Positions 1-12,461 of a DNA stretch of 64,000 nt are shown here, in pieces. Positions within the stretch are counted from its first letter, which is position 1; every line of letters begins with the position of its first letter. The notes under the pieces are model-generated. The model did not search any database, had not been told where the DNA came from, and was given only the letters and a program-made list of their open reading frames with translations. The stretch lies in NCBI GenBank assembly GCA_030704615.1, contig CM060732.1, forward strand, positions 35,960,001 to 36,024,000. The letters run 5' to 3'. The position numbers and the translations under genes were made by a program. This DNA is from Takakia lepidozioides (lineage: Eukaryota > Plantae > Bryophyta).

Positions 1-136
1 AGTCTGGTCACTCCAGTCTACTTAAAAGTGTGAGACTGCTCAGTCCGCTTGGTCTGGTGAGTCTGGCGAGTCCGCTCAGTCCGCTCGGTATGGGCAGTCT
101 GTTGAATGGAGTCAATCCGCTCAGACCATTGCGTAC

Positions 137-1117
137 ATGGGTTTTCATACAAGGCCGTGGTCTGTGTGCAGGTTGGGTTCTTGTTTTGCCGCAGCCCTGC
201 GAGGGAAAGTCGCGGCTGGCAATTGCATGGTTCACTTTTATGAAGGCGACCCCCAGTATGAATGCTCCATCGGGCCTTCGGACCTGAAGCCACTTGAGAC
301 GGTGGAGTTGGAGTGCACAGATAGAATGCTGGAGCTGTGGTGTCGTTTCTATGAGAAGACGGTTGAGGAGAAGTACTCAAGTACTGTTGCTCTTCTGCCA
401 GCCTCAACATGGTCTCGTATGATGACACATTGGGATGGGCCACGGGAAATGCTAGTGGAGTATCTGCATTCTTGCTGGAGCGTCCCTCGGCTCGGCAAAG
501 ACATAAAAGACTGCCATCGTATAATCATTCCGATTGTGGAGGAGTAAGATCTCGCATACCCAATCTGTTCTGTCGGGCCAGTCTTTTGAATGACGTCACT
601 ACGTTCACACCTGCCTCTCGCTGGTTGAGTCCGTTCAGTCTGCTCAGTCTGGCAAATCTGCCCAGTCTTTTGAATGAGGACAGTCTGCTCGGTCTGCCCT
701 CTCAGCCCTGAGTCTGCTCAATCTGCCGAGTCTGCTAAGTCTGCCCATTATGTTGAGTCTGCTCATTATGCCGAGTCTGCTGAGTGATGAGTCTTGTGAG
801 TCTGCTAGTCGTGACTCTGCCGAGTCGGCTGAGTGTAGTGGGACCAGGTCCCAGTCTACTTGCGAGTCTATAGAGTCTGCTAGAGAGACAATTGGATTGG
901 TCTGCTGAGAGGACTGCTGCTGTGAGACTCATGAGATTCGTCTTGCAGGGCGCACTGGAGTGTTGTTGTCATTGACTTGCGGAAAGGCTGCTACACTCAC
1001 ATGAACTCCATCGAGTCTTTGCATGGTTGCCCATCTATTTTGTCATGGATACGGAAGCTGCATGTGGAGTGTTTAGGCTACACTATTGATTCACCGGGTT
1101 GGGAGGTCCGAGATTAG
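137..1117 (+). pseudogene. Ulp1/C48 (SUMO protease-like) peptidase fragment within the MULE
   Basis: Splicing GA|GTAAGA (543/544) to CTTGCAG|G (948/949) gives IIIPIVEEAHWSVVVIDLRKG..MNS, matching the Ulp1 'IP...HW....D' motif. Stop at about 1115-1117; no clear QxxxxDCG seen. Confidence 0.6.
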
Positions 1118-1826
1118 AGGTGCACCATAGGACGCATTTGTCATGTAAGCATGCTTTTGAGCATTTGCAACGAAATAAAATATGACTTTGCATACACATC
1201 CTATTGGTCGCATATGAGTGCAATGTGGAGTAGTCGCAGTAGACTTGTGACCAATTCACTACATGTTGTTAAAGCGGACTTACCCCTGCACACACAATCA
1301 TTTTGTTTAACATACTAAGGGAGTCCACTGGTCAGCAAACAGCCGAGAGACAGCAGACTGCCAGAGTACGGGAAGAGATGCGATTGGGAACCATGAGTCT
1401 GCACTGGTGAGCAGACTGTCGAGAGTCACCGGAGTGGTAGAGTACAGGCGGATGGCATTGTCCAGTAGACTGCCAAGTCTGGTCAACAGAGTAATGGAAG
1501 TCCACCATGCTGAGAATGGCCAGTCTGATGGGCAGACTGCATGAGGCTCACTGGTCAGCCAGGTGTAGGCACGTCCAGAACTGGGAGACTGGTCTGCTCA
1601 GGAGAAGGCTGGCACAACAGACTGTTCAAAGACTGAGTCCCAGCCTGGTACAACAGACTGGTTCAGACACCAGAATAGTGGTTGAGCAGACTAGTTCAGA
1701 CGCCAGAAGACTGGTTTACCAGGCTGGTTGGCAGACAGGTTGGAAGTCTGGTGCACATGCAATCGTACCGCCGAAATTTTATTTCATGGGGAGAATAATA
1801 CTGTACCATTTCCTACATTTCCTACT

Positions 1827-4800
1827 CTACTTTACAACTGGTATACGGTCTGCGACTCTCCGGATTGTGGAGTATATGTGTGCTGCAGGTGTTGGGGCAC
1901 CAACCCTCTTCCCTGTTTTGCATAAGACCCTGGGTCGCGTTTTCCATGCCTCAACGAAATCCCGTTTCCTTTTCAGCGACATATTGTTGTTGTCATTTAC
2001 AGGACGGAAGCTCTTTGCTGCCGCAGGGTGCAACTTTTCTGCAGCACTCTTGGCGAGAATATCAACAAGCTGCCCCCTACAGATACGAAGAGAAGACAAC
2101 ACATGTTTCTGCAGATTGTTGTCGTCCCCAACAATGCGAAGTATATCTGCAAATTCTTCATCCATGGAGGATGGTATGAGGATAGACTCCGCATCATAGG
2201 GGAAGTCATCTGTGGAAGGGCCCTCTGTTGCATTTCCCAAATCCTCTTCGTCGCCGACACTTGCATGAACCCTAAACACATTATGCAATCCTCCATGAAT
2301 GGTTCCCAGCGCCGTGCCACAAACGCGCACTATGAGTTCATCCTGCAAGGGTGGATGAAGCAATTTCAGGACTCGGACTTGATGCTTGCACAAATTGCCC
2401 TTCATTGCCCATGAAGCCCATTCGCATCCGGGGTTGTAAACAATGTAAATTGTGTTTGGGTGATTGGTGCTTAGAACATAGGCTGGTTGCCCAGGATGGA
2501 ACGGAAGAGTGACATTGCAAGCTGGGATATCGCGTGCCGCAATCACAGAACTGGACATGTACTTTTCTTGTTTGTCATTCCTTATGAATCCCTGCGTCTT
2601 CAGGTGAATTGCATACCAGTAGTGTGTTAGCACACGACCTGTGAGTTCCTATATGAGCCAATCCACTCTACGCCCAGTCATTTTGCCTTTCTCCATCCTC
2701 AGTCTTGCCTTCAAGTTTCCATGGTATGCCTCAATGCTAGCATTGGTGTCTTGATTGGCTTGCGGAACATGGCGAGCTGTTATACACCACATTGTTATTT
2801 TAGGACGCCATTCCTTATTGATGTAGTCCAGAAATTCATGCCCATTCGGATATTTCTTTCTCATGCGTCGGAGCGTTGTTGCTATCCATGCAAGACCTTC
2901 TTTGGGATTGATTGGTCCACCTCTACAATACATGAGGTCTCCCATATCTTTTAGCAAGTTTGCGGCAGTGATATGATCTTTGGTTTTTGCGCATGATTGC
3001 TTCACCCAAGCCCGCCGGACATGCCAAAGGCACAGGAAAATGAGCACTCCTCGAAAAACAGCCCTGCAAAGTACACATGCCCACATGAGAGACTTCAAAG
3101 AGGACTTCGCCGGTGGACTTGGGCACTAACCCAGTAGACTGTCTAGTTGACTGGTTTGCCCGTCTGTTCCAAACGGATTCAGGTAGCAAACCCCACTCTG
3201 ACCTGCCATGAGTGTTGCCCTCACGACACCGGATTCGCCTGGGAGCGGACTTGCTCGACCAGATTGAGGTCGCAGCAGACTCACGCACGTGTGTCTTGCA
3301 GCAAATAATCCCCTCCGGCGGACTCGCCTGGGAGCGGACTTGCTCGACCAAACTGAGGTCGCAGCAGACTCGCGCACGTGTGTCTTGCAGCGGACTGCTT
3401 GCGAACAGTCCCCTCCGGCGGACTCGCCTGGGAGCGGACTTGCTCGACCAGACTGAGGTCGCAGCAGACTCGCGTATGTGAGTCTTGCAGCGGATTGCTT
3501 GCGAACAGTTCCCTCCGGCGGACTGGCCTGCCAGTGGACTTGCCTTTAGGAGACCGACAGCAGACTTACCCAGACGTTGCTGGCAGCACACCCGAGCAGA
3601 CTGACCTTGCAGCATACTTGCGCGAGTCTTCCAGCGGACTTCGCTAGAGGACATTATCAGCGGACTGGTTTGCCAGCAGACTTGCAGAAATGAATGGCCC
3701 GGACTTGCAGCCAGGACTGTGTTGTATGGTAGGGGACTTGACAATGGACGCAGACAACGAAGTTGCACGCAAGTGTACATGAGGGTACATGAAACTTACG
3801 TAATGGCATTTATTTCGGCGTCGGCATCGTCCACAATGAAGGCATTGGGTCGCCAGTCCGACATTTCTGCGAGGAGAGAGTCCCGCAAGGCTGCCATCCA
3901 CGGCACCAGGTCTGTTGCCCACTCACGCGCGCATATGATGTACACAACTGGTATACTGTTAAGCCACTCGTCGAAGACCATCAACGTGTACAATGGGAAC
4001 TGTTCAAATGCACAATGTCAAATGTTGCCAGTGTGCGTACATCCACTACTTCTGCAAGTGGATAAATTGTGAAAAGGATGAAGAGTACTTTATGGTGATT
4101 TGTCCCGAAGGTTGCATCGCATGCAACGATACGGGCATGGCCTAATTGAAGCATTCGCTTCTTCTGCCATTCAGTCTGTATGCTGATTGTGAATGTTAAG
4201 TCGCCATCGTAGTGCTTGAATGTTGGCGCCAATTTCTCCTCTTGATAGAAGAAGACCGATTTCGGGTTCTGGTCTTTCCACATGCGGACACTCTCCGCAT
4301 CGTTGGGATATTTTTTGAACGTTTGTCACGCCCGTTTCTCGGCCAGGTTGCGCATATCCTGCTCCAGCAAAAAATCGTCCCGTGTCCATGCATCCCCCAA
4401 CCCGGTGTTGTTCATGACGTGTTTTTTTTTTTTCCATCATGATTTGGGCGACTGACAGGCCTCGGCACAGACACTCTTTGACCCATGCTTTCAATTCCTC
4501 GCTAATGTGTGGTGCATAGGCGTGGAGAGTGTTCCTGAACTCAACGGACTTCCCATGACATGCGTTCCTTTTCGTGTCTGTATGCTCCATATTGTTGTAG
4601 TACGTGAGGACACAAATGTCGGGGGCGAGATAGCTTTGTTGGACCTTGAAACTGCACTGGCAACCACGCTCTCGGCTCTTTTAGCATGCCGGGTTGCACT
4701 TTAGTATGGACATTAACCCAAAACTGAGTGGGGTAGTCCACCAAACTCTCATCTCCAAGGAGAAAGTCATCAACTCTATCCCACGGTATGCAGGCCTTCA

Positions 4801-4966
4801 GAATATTCTGTCTGGCACCCATATAACCATATTGCGTGTCTCTCTTCCATTGGAGGTCCTTCGTGTTGAAGGGTCCTGGTTTGGGTGTTTGCAAACTTTG
4901 TCGAAGAGGACGTATAATCCAGCATCCCGTTTTTAGTATATCATCACCTTATGCTTCTACGTCCAT
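1827..4966 (-). pseudogene. MULE transposase with SWIM zinc finger, frameshifted and intron-containing
   Basis: ORF pieces 4541-4894, 4171-4590, 3981-4283 (CDATFGTN), 3796-3993 (FIVDDADAEINA), 2649-3098 (TNASIEAYHGNLK) and 1827-2633 (GNLCKH, SWIM-like), broken by frameshifts and stops. Confidence 0.85.
3231..3530. repeat. Tandem repeat, about 89-100 bp unit, about 3 copies, in a probable transposase intron
   Basis: GGA(C/T)TCGCCTGGGAGCGGACTTGCTCGACCA recurs at 3231, 3320 and 3420, with a partial copy at 3520. Confidence 0.9.
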
Positions 4967-6249
4967 GCCCTGTACAGTACAGAGGACATGCTTCAGAACC
5001 TGCAAGAAATGCGCCGCAGTACACTGGACATGATGGACAACGTGCAAGGAGCATCAGTGCGCACGTTTGCGGTTGCTGGCAAGTGGCAGACGGCTTAGAA
5101 TTCATGCCCTAAAAATGGAGGGCTCAGATGGCATTTACGAACGGACGGTCCAGATGCGGCATCATCAGTGGACTGGAGGAAAGCGGACTCATGGGCTGCG
5201 GACTGGCGGGCAGACTGTTGGGTGTACTGGCCGGGACTGGCACAACGGACTGGTATGGATGGCGCGGATGATCCAGATACTTCGGTCGCGCGGACTGGCA
5301 GACTGGCAGACTGGGGCGCAACAGACGCGCACAACGGACTGTTGGGTGGACTTGCGGGGACTGGCACAGTGGACTGGCGTGCACAGCGGACTGGCCGGCA
5401 GACTGGCGGTTGGCGGACTGAGGGGAACTGGACTCACGGGCAGCGGACTGGCCGCGCGGACTGGGGCGCGGCGGAGCGCGGGCGGGGCTGCCGCAGGCGC
5501 GGCTGGTGGGCCGCTGGGTGACCGCGCGCAACGGCGGGGGGAGCCGGGCGTCCGTGCGCGGGGCCCACCGGTCAACTCGCGTGCGCCATAACGTCCCAAT
5601 TATTGTAAAATGAGAGGCAAATCTAATAGATCTCCTCATTTTCTATGAATAGGGTAGTTAGAGAGAACCCATCATTCTGGGCATGTGGAAATGTGGGACC
5701 TGCCATCTCTATCATTGATTTTTGATTTTGAGTTTTTTCCTAAGAAAAGGGGATTGTAGTGCATCATATGGAGAAATGTGACCTAAAACCATTTTTCCAT
5801 CCCTCTGCATTAATGGTGCTATGAAAAAATCTCCAATCGGAGACTCTATAGAGTAGTTTATTCAACATATTTATACCTCTCATTGTTGCAACCGAGAGAA
5901 CACGTCTTATTTCAGCTTAGTTACTCATCCATAAGCCATAAAGCCTCCAATGACCCCTTTTAGTACAGAAACAAGCGGCTAGTCCCGTAATGGCTCCACC
6001 CTAAGATTCTAAGTAGAAAATTTCCTTGAAATGTTATATTAAATAAGATAACACATATTGAAAGTTGTTTTGCATAAGAAGAAAGTTTACTTATTTTTAA
6101 AACAGGGGACAAAGGCGAAACTTTATTGATGTAGGAATTTTTATTTTATTTTATTAATAGGAAGGGGAACAAAGGCCCTTTTAATCAAAATTAATTGAAT
6201 ATTGATGTATGATATACAAAACTAATCATCAAATTTACTAATTATTAAA

Positions 6250-6430
6250 ATATTGAAATGCTTGTTGAAATACGAACTGGAATACTGAAATATTTGCTGA
6301 AAAACTAGCTGAAACATTAAAAATACTTGCTGAAAAACTGGCAGAAATACTTGCTGAAAAACTCACTGAAAAACTCACTGAAATACTCGCTGAAATACTG
6401 AAATACTGAAATTTTGATGTACTGAAATAT
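6250..6430. repeat. Degenerate short tandem repeat (CTGAAA(A/T)A core)
   Basis: Repeated gctgaaaaact / actgaaatact units. Confidence 0.8.
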
Positions 6431-8703
6431 TGTAGGCATTTGTCGGGCCACCAACATTATATATTGTAGTGTGAAAAGAATGGCCGAAAAGCCTAGGTAG
6501 TATTACTTACTAACTCATTATGACCACAGAAGTCAAGGCTTACCCTTACCGCAGTGACAGATAAAGTAAGAATAAACCTGCGTACACTATCCATCTACCC
6601 CTTATGTATCCTCTTGTGTTTGGTGACTGCATAACTTAGCCAGTAGGTGAGTCATGTACTCATAACACAAAACACAAAATCACAAATGTTGGGTTAGTTT
6701 ACACCACAAAGCGTGCAACTATAGATCATTGCTATACAACTTTTTCTTTTACACTTCCAGGTACTTTCATGATAAACCCAGCTATGCAACACTTCTTGTT
6801 TTGGGTATGGCTGCAAACACCTCTGGATGTTCCCTCTCTTTCCAGATCATGTATGCAGATGTGATCTCTCTCCATCCCCCTGTTCTCTTCCTTACATCAT
6901 GACAAGGATAACATGTATGTCAGGCTCACAAACTCTTCTTGGTTCTGCCTATCTCTCTAACTTAGTGAAATTCAGTCAGTTCAACAACCTTGCAGGTTTT
7001 CCTTTTGATGAACAATTACTTTAGTACATTGCAGGTCATCTCAAGGCGTTACCTCTTTCTCACTTGATCATGCTCCCAACCACTTTATGATATGCATTTT
7101 CAGGTCTCTCTCCCATCTCTTGTTCTCTTCTCACAGCAGCAAGTTGTGTTTGCAAACACAGATACCCTCCACAAATTTATTGCAACCTATATGTTGTGCA
7201 ATGCAATTGAGCCCATCCTGTTGGCCTTCAATGTGCAACATGTCATCACATGAACCATTAGCCTGTCTGCTATGACCACCATACTCTGCAGCAAACTAAA
7301 AACAAAGTCTACTACATGCATCATTCCAATGTAATTTCCAGTAAACAACACTGGGTCTGAAACCCTACCTACTCAGCATCCCTTCCATTGTGGTCAGGAC
7401 TACAACTAATTGACTTAATTCTATTGGAGCAAAACAGACTGCAAACAGAATGCAACAGATCTAATTTTCACAAAGTCATGCAACATCTACATCACTACCA
7501 ACAATGAATCCTTCTTCTCACAAATCAAGAATGTACACACTCCAGCTCTCTCAACACAGGATTCCATCTGGTTTGAACTCACTCTGTCACAACTTCATTC
7601 ATAACCCCAATTTCCCAAGTTTTTCTCCCTAACGCCATTGCCAAGCTATCTCTCTCCAGCTTGCATGTTCTGTTCTAAGTCATAGCAAAAAGAAGAAGAA
7701 ACATCACGAGCACAACACCTAAATACCCCTTTCCTGTGTCGATATTTGCAAGTACCCATCCACAGGTGAGTTGTCCGTCCCCTGCTGATGCCCTCACTCC
7801 ATGCCGTCACCGCCCAAGCTGCGCTAGTAACGATTACTCGAGCTCCACACCCCATAACTCCCCAGCGCTTGTCGTCACCGCTTGAGTTGCCACCAGTATA
7901 AGCAATCGAGCCCCCCATATCCTAATAACTCCTAGACTATCACCTCCCTTTTGCAATGAATCTACCTCCCAAAAACCTTAACTCAAAGCCTATCTGCAGC
8001 CGTCTCTCATTCATATCCTTATCAATTCGGATTGCCAAGACGCTGTCAGACCCACCGCCCCCTTCTCCTTGATGTCGTATGTGCAATACACCAGATCCTT
8101 CCATAAAGTAGTAGCCCGTCGAGCTATGCCAGCACCAACATTACGTGAACAAGACGAAGAATGAACTTGTTCATCCAATGTGAACTTATTCATCCCTGGC
8201 TCAAAACTTCACCCCTTCTCATATTTGGCTAAGTCCTTCAATGACTTTCCTCCCAACACCAGGTTTTCTCTGATCTCAACTTCTGTGGCAGGTTTTCCAC
8301 AGCTGAAATCACACCACAATATATATATATGTATGAAGGAAATTAAACCTTGCTCTTATTCTTATAGTTTTTCTATAATTCAGATGCGTCTATCCCCATA
8401 TACCCTTCATTTTGGGTCTTCATTTATGAATATTTACATGTGTAAGATTCACTTATGGGTCTTATCCTATCAAGGTACATTCAATTTAAGATCTAAGATG
8501 GGGAGGATTATCTGCTTCATGTAGGTACTATCTAGTGGAGGTATATCAGGATCTTACTGATTTTTGGCACCAATGCGTGGTCTATCCCTTATAGGGAGGA
8601 GCCAATAAATTGGTGGACAATAGCTCAACATATATCCATATCGTTTGTCGGGGACAGGATAATCTGGGAGTATATATTGGTGCACGGTGTTCAACAACGT
8701 TAA

Positions 8704-9531
8704 CCCTTAAGTTCCCAAGCCTTTTTTTGACTTTTTACCAATTTTGGGTACCCAGCTGCAGTAAATTGCCCCTAGAAACCTACCAAAAATCATCCAGAGA
8801 TTCCAGCCTTATAGCAATGGGCCTAGCTCATTTGTGCATGACATACCAAAAAATGAGCCAAGTCCACCGTGGAAATTGTGAGATTATAGCGTTGGCCCGG
8901 ACCTCAAATATCAGGTCCCAAAGAAAAAGTGAGAAAGAAATTGGTTTGACCAAATCAAAACCTAGCTTTATCCAATTTTGCTTTCCCCAAGACCCACCAT
9001 TTCCAAATCAATAGTGGAGTGGCTATGACCCCACTAAATTGCAGGTCCAACTGATTTTTTCACCTATGGTTGCTATGCATGCAATTACATGGGGGTTGAA
9101 ATCTCAAAATTGACAAGAGAAAATGTGCCTCCAAATGAAGTACTTTTTTTTCTACAAATTTCTTAAAAGCCAATGGTGGATGTGTGTATGTAATGCTCAC
9201 ACAACACAAGGTGAAGGGCTTTTTCCAAAATTGCTAATTTTCTGCCAAAAATGGCCTTTGGAGTGCAATCTGTTTTGGGATTGTTTACCTGCCACGTCAG
9301 CAGTCAACAAGCCCTTTTCAGGCCCCAAAACGTAAATGAGAGATCTAAGATATTTTTTTGTAGGTTGTAGTTTTTTTTTTTTTTTTTAAAAATTGTTTTT
9401 TGCATCATACTCGAGACAAATCCCTTGTCATTAAAGCTTCACAAGTGGGGCCCATCAGATTAGATCTGCAAAAATTTGGTCGAACTGCAAATTCAAAGTG
9501 ACCTGATTCAGGTCGCTTGGGAACTTAAGGG
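8704..9531. mobile_element. Non-autonomous piggyBac-type element (828 bp) with TTAA target site duplication
   Basis: TTAA (8700-8703) + CCCTTAAGTTCCCAAGC (8704-8720) ... GCTTGGGAACTTAAGGG (9515-9531) + TTAA (9532-9535). Perfect 17-bp TIR beginning CCCTT; no transposase ORF inside. Confidence 0.8.
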
Positions 9532-9910
9532 TTAATGGCCTAGAGTGATTTGCTTTGGTGCAGGAAACTCTAGCGTCTCCCGCGAGAGTATGCACTTTAG
9601 GTTTAAGACAGTGGAGGCTTACATTAGTGTGCTCCCCTCCCAACACTAAGATTGAGGACTAGTTGCCTCCACTTTGTTTGTTTGCTTTATGTGCTCTTTT
9701 GAACTACTTGGGGACCTTTGGGGACCTCAAGAACTTGCTCCCTAACGTGTGTGGACGGAATGTGTTTGTGTGTTAAATGTTCAGATCCACATGGGGGAGA
9801 TAATGTAAAAATATATATGTCTTTCTCCATACGACCTCATGTGGATGTAATATATTTGTATAGAATGTCCAAGTGGCTCATTGTATAGAGTGTAATGTAG
9901 AATGTCCAGG

Positions 9911-10197
9911 CAGTGTTTTTTTTCTGGAATTTGAAAAAAAGCGCGCGTGGCTACAGAGTTTGGCAGAAAATAGCCATACATTCTGTTCATCCATTGAAAT
10001 TAGGACAGAATCATCCATTTCCGTACATAAATCCATTTATATCATCCATATCTGGCAAATTCATCCATAATTTATTTTTCATTTGGAGAAATTTGGCGAT
10101 TTCATCCATGAAAAAACAGGGAATTTGCGACAGCATATTCCTTTTTTTTTTTCTGAGGTCGAAATTTGGCGAAAATTCGCCAGCAAAAAAAACGCTG
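9911..10197. mobile_element. hAT-type MITE (287 bp)
   Basis: TIR CAGTGTTTTTTTT...AAAAAAAACGCTG, flanked by the exact 8-bp TSD TGTCCAGG (9903-9910 and 10198-10205). Confidence 0.9.
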
Positions 10198-12046
10198 TGT
10201 CCAGGTGATCAATCAAATGGAGATGGGCCAAATTTCGTTTCCTCAATCAGTAGGAAGCACCTGGAGATTTGGATGGAGCTAGAGTGCTTGCCGTTTGTCC
10301 TCAGAACATCTGCATACTACAGTCATCAAATTCCCACACATTTTACACCCGTCAATAATTTGATCAGAGACGATTTTGCCTAAGGTAGTATATATTGTGC
10401 GGGGGAACTTGTTGTCGAACACGGACGCATATGCCATTAAAGATCCAGGCAGTGAATGTTGTTCCAGGCTTGACAACAGTGCCAAGTTAGACCATTGAAG
10501 GAGTTTAGAAAGAGATTGAGGATAGAGGGGATCAAAGAATTTCTAGGGGGAGTACAAAGACAAAAGCTTGGACCATATAGATCTAGCAAAGGGACATAAC
10601 ATAAAGCAATATTTCACAGTTGCAGTAGCATTCATGTTACATGACTTACACAAATTATTAGGAAGCAAAGATAATCCAGCTGACAGTGTAAGATTAATAC
10701 AACTGGAGGTTGGGTAGCGTGAGCATGCACAAGGGCATATTCCCTGAATTCCGCGAATTTCCGTGAACTTTCCACAATGAAACGAAATTGGCGAAACTAA
10801 CAATTATACCAAACTAACACATAAAGAAGAAGTAGCCCCTATACCTGATGAACATATTACCCTAAAGGCGTCGTTTTTTCTCCATAATAGGTGCGAGAGT
10901 GGGCGGTGAGGCTTCACCTCAAATTTAAGGTCCTCGCCCATGGATAATTTCGCAGGCCGAAACTATGTACTTACCAACCAGCCAGAGAAGAAATCACACT
11001 CTAGCTGAATGGATGAATAGGTCACTTTTAAAGTCCCCATCCATTCCTTTTGGATGGGGGATTGTTGGGTGATGGGATTTCGTATAGAAAGTTTCGACTC
11101 AAGCTATACCACTAAGGGTTTCTCAATGCGAAACCCACCATTGCTTAGGTTTGTGCCCATATCACATATGATTTTTCAATACGAAATTCGCCGCCGTTAT
11201 AGGTTTAGGGTTTCTGGCTACAACACTGAAGATTTCGATTTCGCCTCACTCAATTGGCGCAGATGTACTTTACAATTTATGCGCAAGTCGTCTATATCCG
11301 CTTATGGTTTTATTTCATTTTGAAAACATATAATTCCTATGACCTAGGTTAAAAAACATAAAACTCCTGTGACGGTGGGTTGTGCATGCTCACGCTGTGC
11401 TCAGAGGATACCAACCCATACAACCGTAGATTTTCCAAAGGAAAGCACTGCGCTTTGAAGGTCACCAAGGGAGCCACATGTCTTTCCAAATATTCTTCCA
11501 AATGTGCAAGGGACCTCACTCAATTGAGAACATGATGAACCACAAAAAGCCTACAACATTCTAATTCTGAAAAGTGTATGACAAATACTGCAGGCCTCCT
11601 AAAGTGTTGTCGATGGTTGCAAAGTGGGCCCAAGTCTGAACTCCGATGAGACTCATGCCTCCAACATCACTTTCTACATCTCTGCCATTTGCTTGCTGCT
11701 ACACCACCCTTCACTCACACTCAAATATGGGCCTGTGAATGTTGTGGTACTAGTCATGCTTGTCTATCTAGTTACCTAGAGACTTACTTAGCTGCTATAT
11801 AGCAGCGTATGTATCCACAGGTGTAAGAGCAGCCACGTTGTCCTCTGAGACGACGATGTGCAGCCATGGATCCACAGGTGTTTGCAATCTTGATTTCTAG
11901 ACTAGGAAGAAGAGGAATTAAGAGGTTTGCCAACTGAAGGTGTAGAGCTTTCGGTTCCCAGGAATCTGCAAGGAATGGGTTTGTTGGGTACTTGCTGTTG
12001 CTCTCCTTCATGAGGTAGCGTTGTCTGCGTGAGTATCAAGTATCAA

Positions 12047-12428
12047 ATGGAGACACTCGTTCTACCTTGGGATTGCTCGCCAGCAGCCAGCAGGTACGGT
12101 GTTTCAGGGCAACTGGGTGGCAGACTTGTCTCTCGTGTGCCCTCGTCTGTTGCCGTTCGGCCGGGTACTAGTGAACGGTTGCACAATTGCATGCCTGCCT
12201 TCGTCCTCCATCAGCTGAGCTGCCAATTTCTTTCTCAATCAGCATTCACGTTGAGACCTAATTTCCTACGGTCTTCTCCTGTATATGCGAGAGCGGCAGT
12301 GAGCACCGGAAAGGACCCCAAGACCAAAAAGAATGGTGGATTGGAATCGAGCACAAAAGGTGCTGTTGTTCTTCCACACCCAGAATCTCCAGCAGGCAGG
12401 GCAACGGACACAGCAGGCGCGGTCAGTA

Positions 12429-12461
<33 letters not shown>

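Larger units (their letters stand above)
1..5597 (-). mobile_element. Mutator-like (MULE) DNA transposon, left part outside the window; carries a SWIM transposase (-) and a convergent Ulp1-like gene (+)
   Basis: Transposase fragments at 1.8-4.9 kb. Dense GACT-core motif arrays (AGTCTG/CAGACT/GGACTG) at 1-130, 620-930, 1320-1750, 3130-3720 and 5170-5470. GC-rich end stops abruptly at ...CATAACGTCCC (5597; reads GGGACG on the minus strand) before AT-rich DNA. The other end and the TSD are not visible. Confidence 0.75.

Noticed and set aside
1507-2199. 230-aa plus-strand ORF
   Set aside because: It spans the CAGACT repeat array and the antisense strand of the transposase.
2923-3780. 285-aa minus-strand ORF
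   Set aside because: It is translation through the intronic tandem repeat.
5067-5639. Several overlapping 90-174 aa ORFs
   Set aside because: They arise from the GC-rich, low-complexity terminal region of the MULE and have no recognisable motifs.
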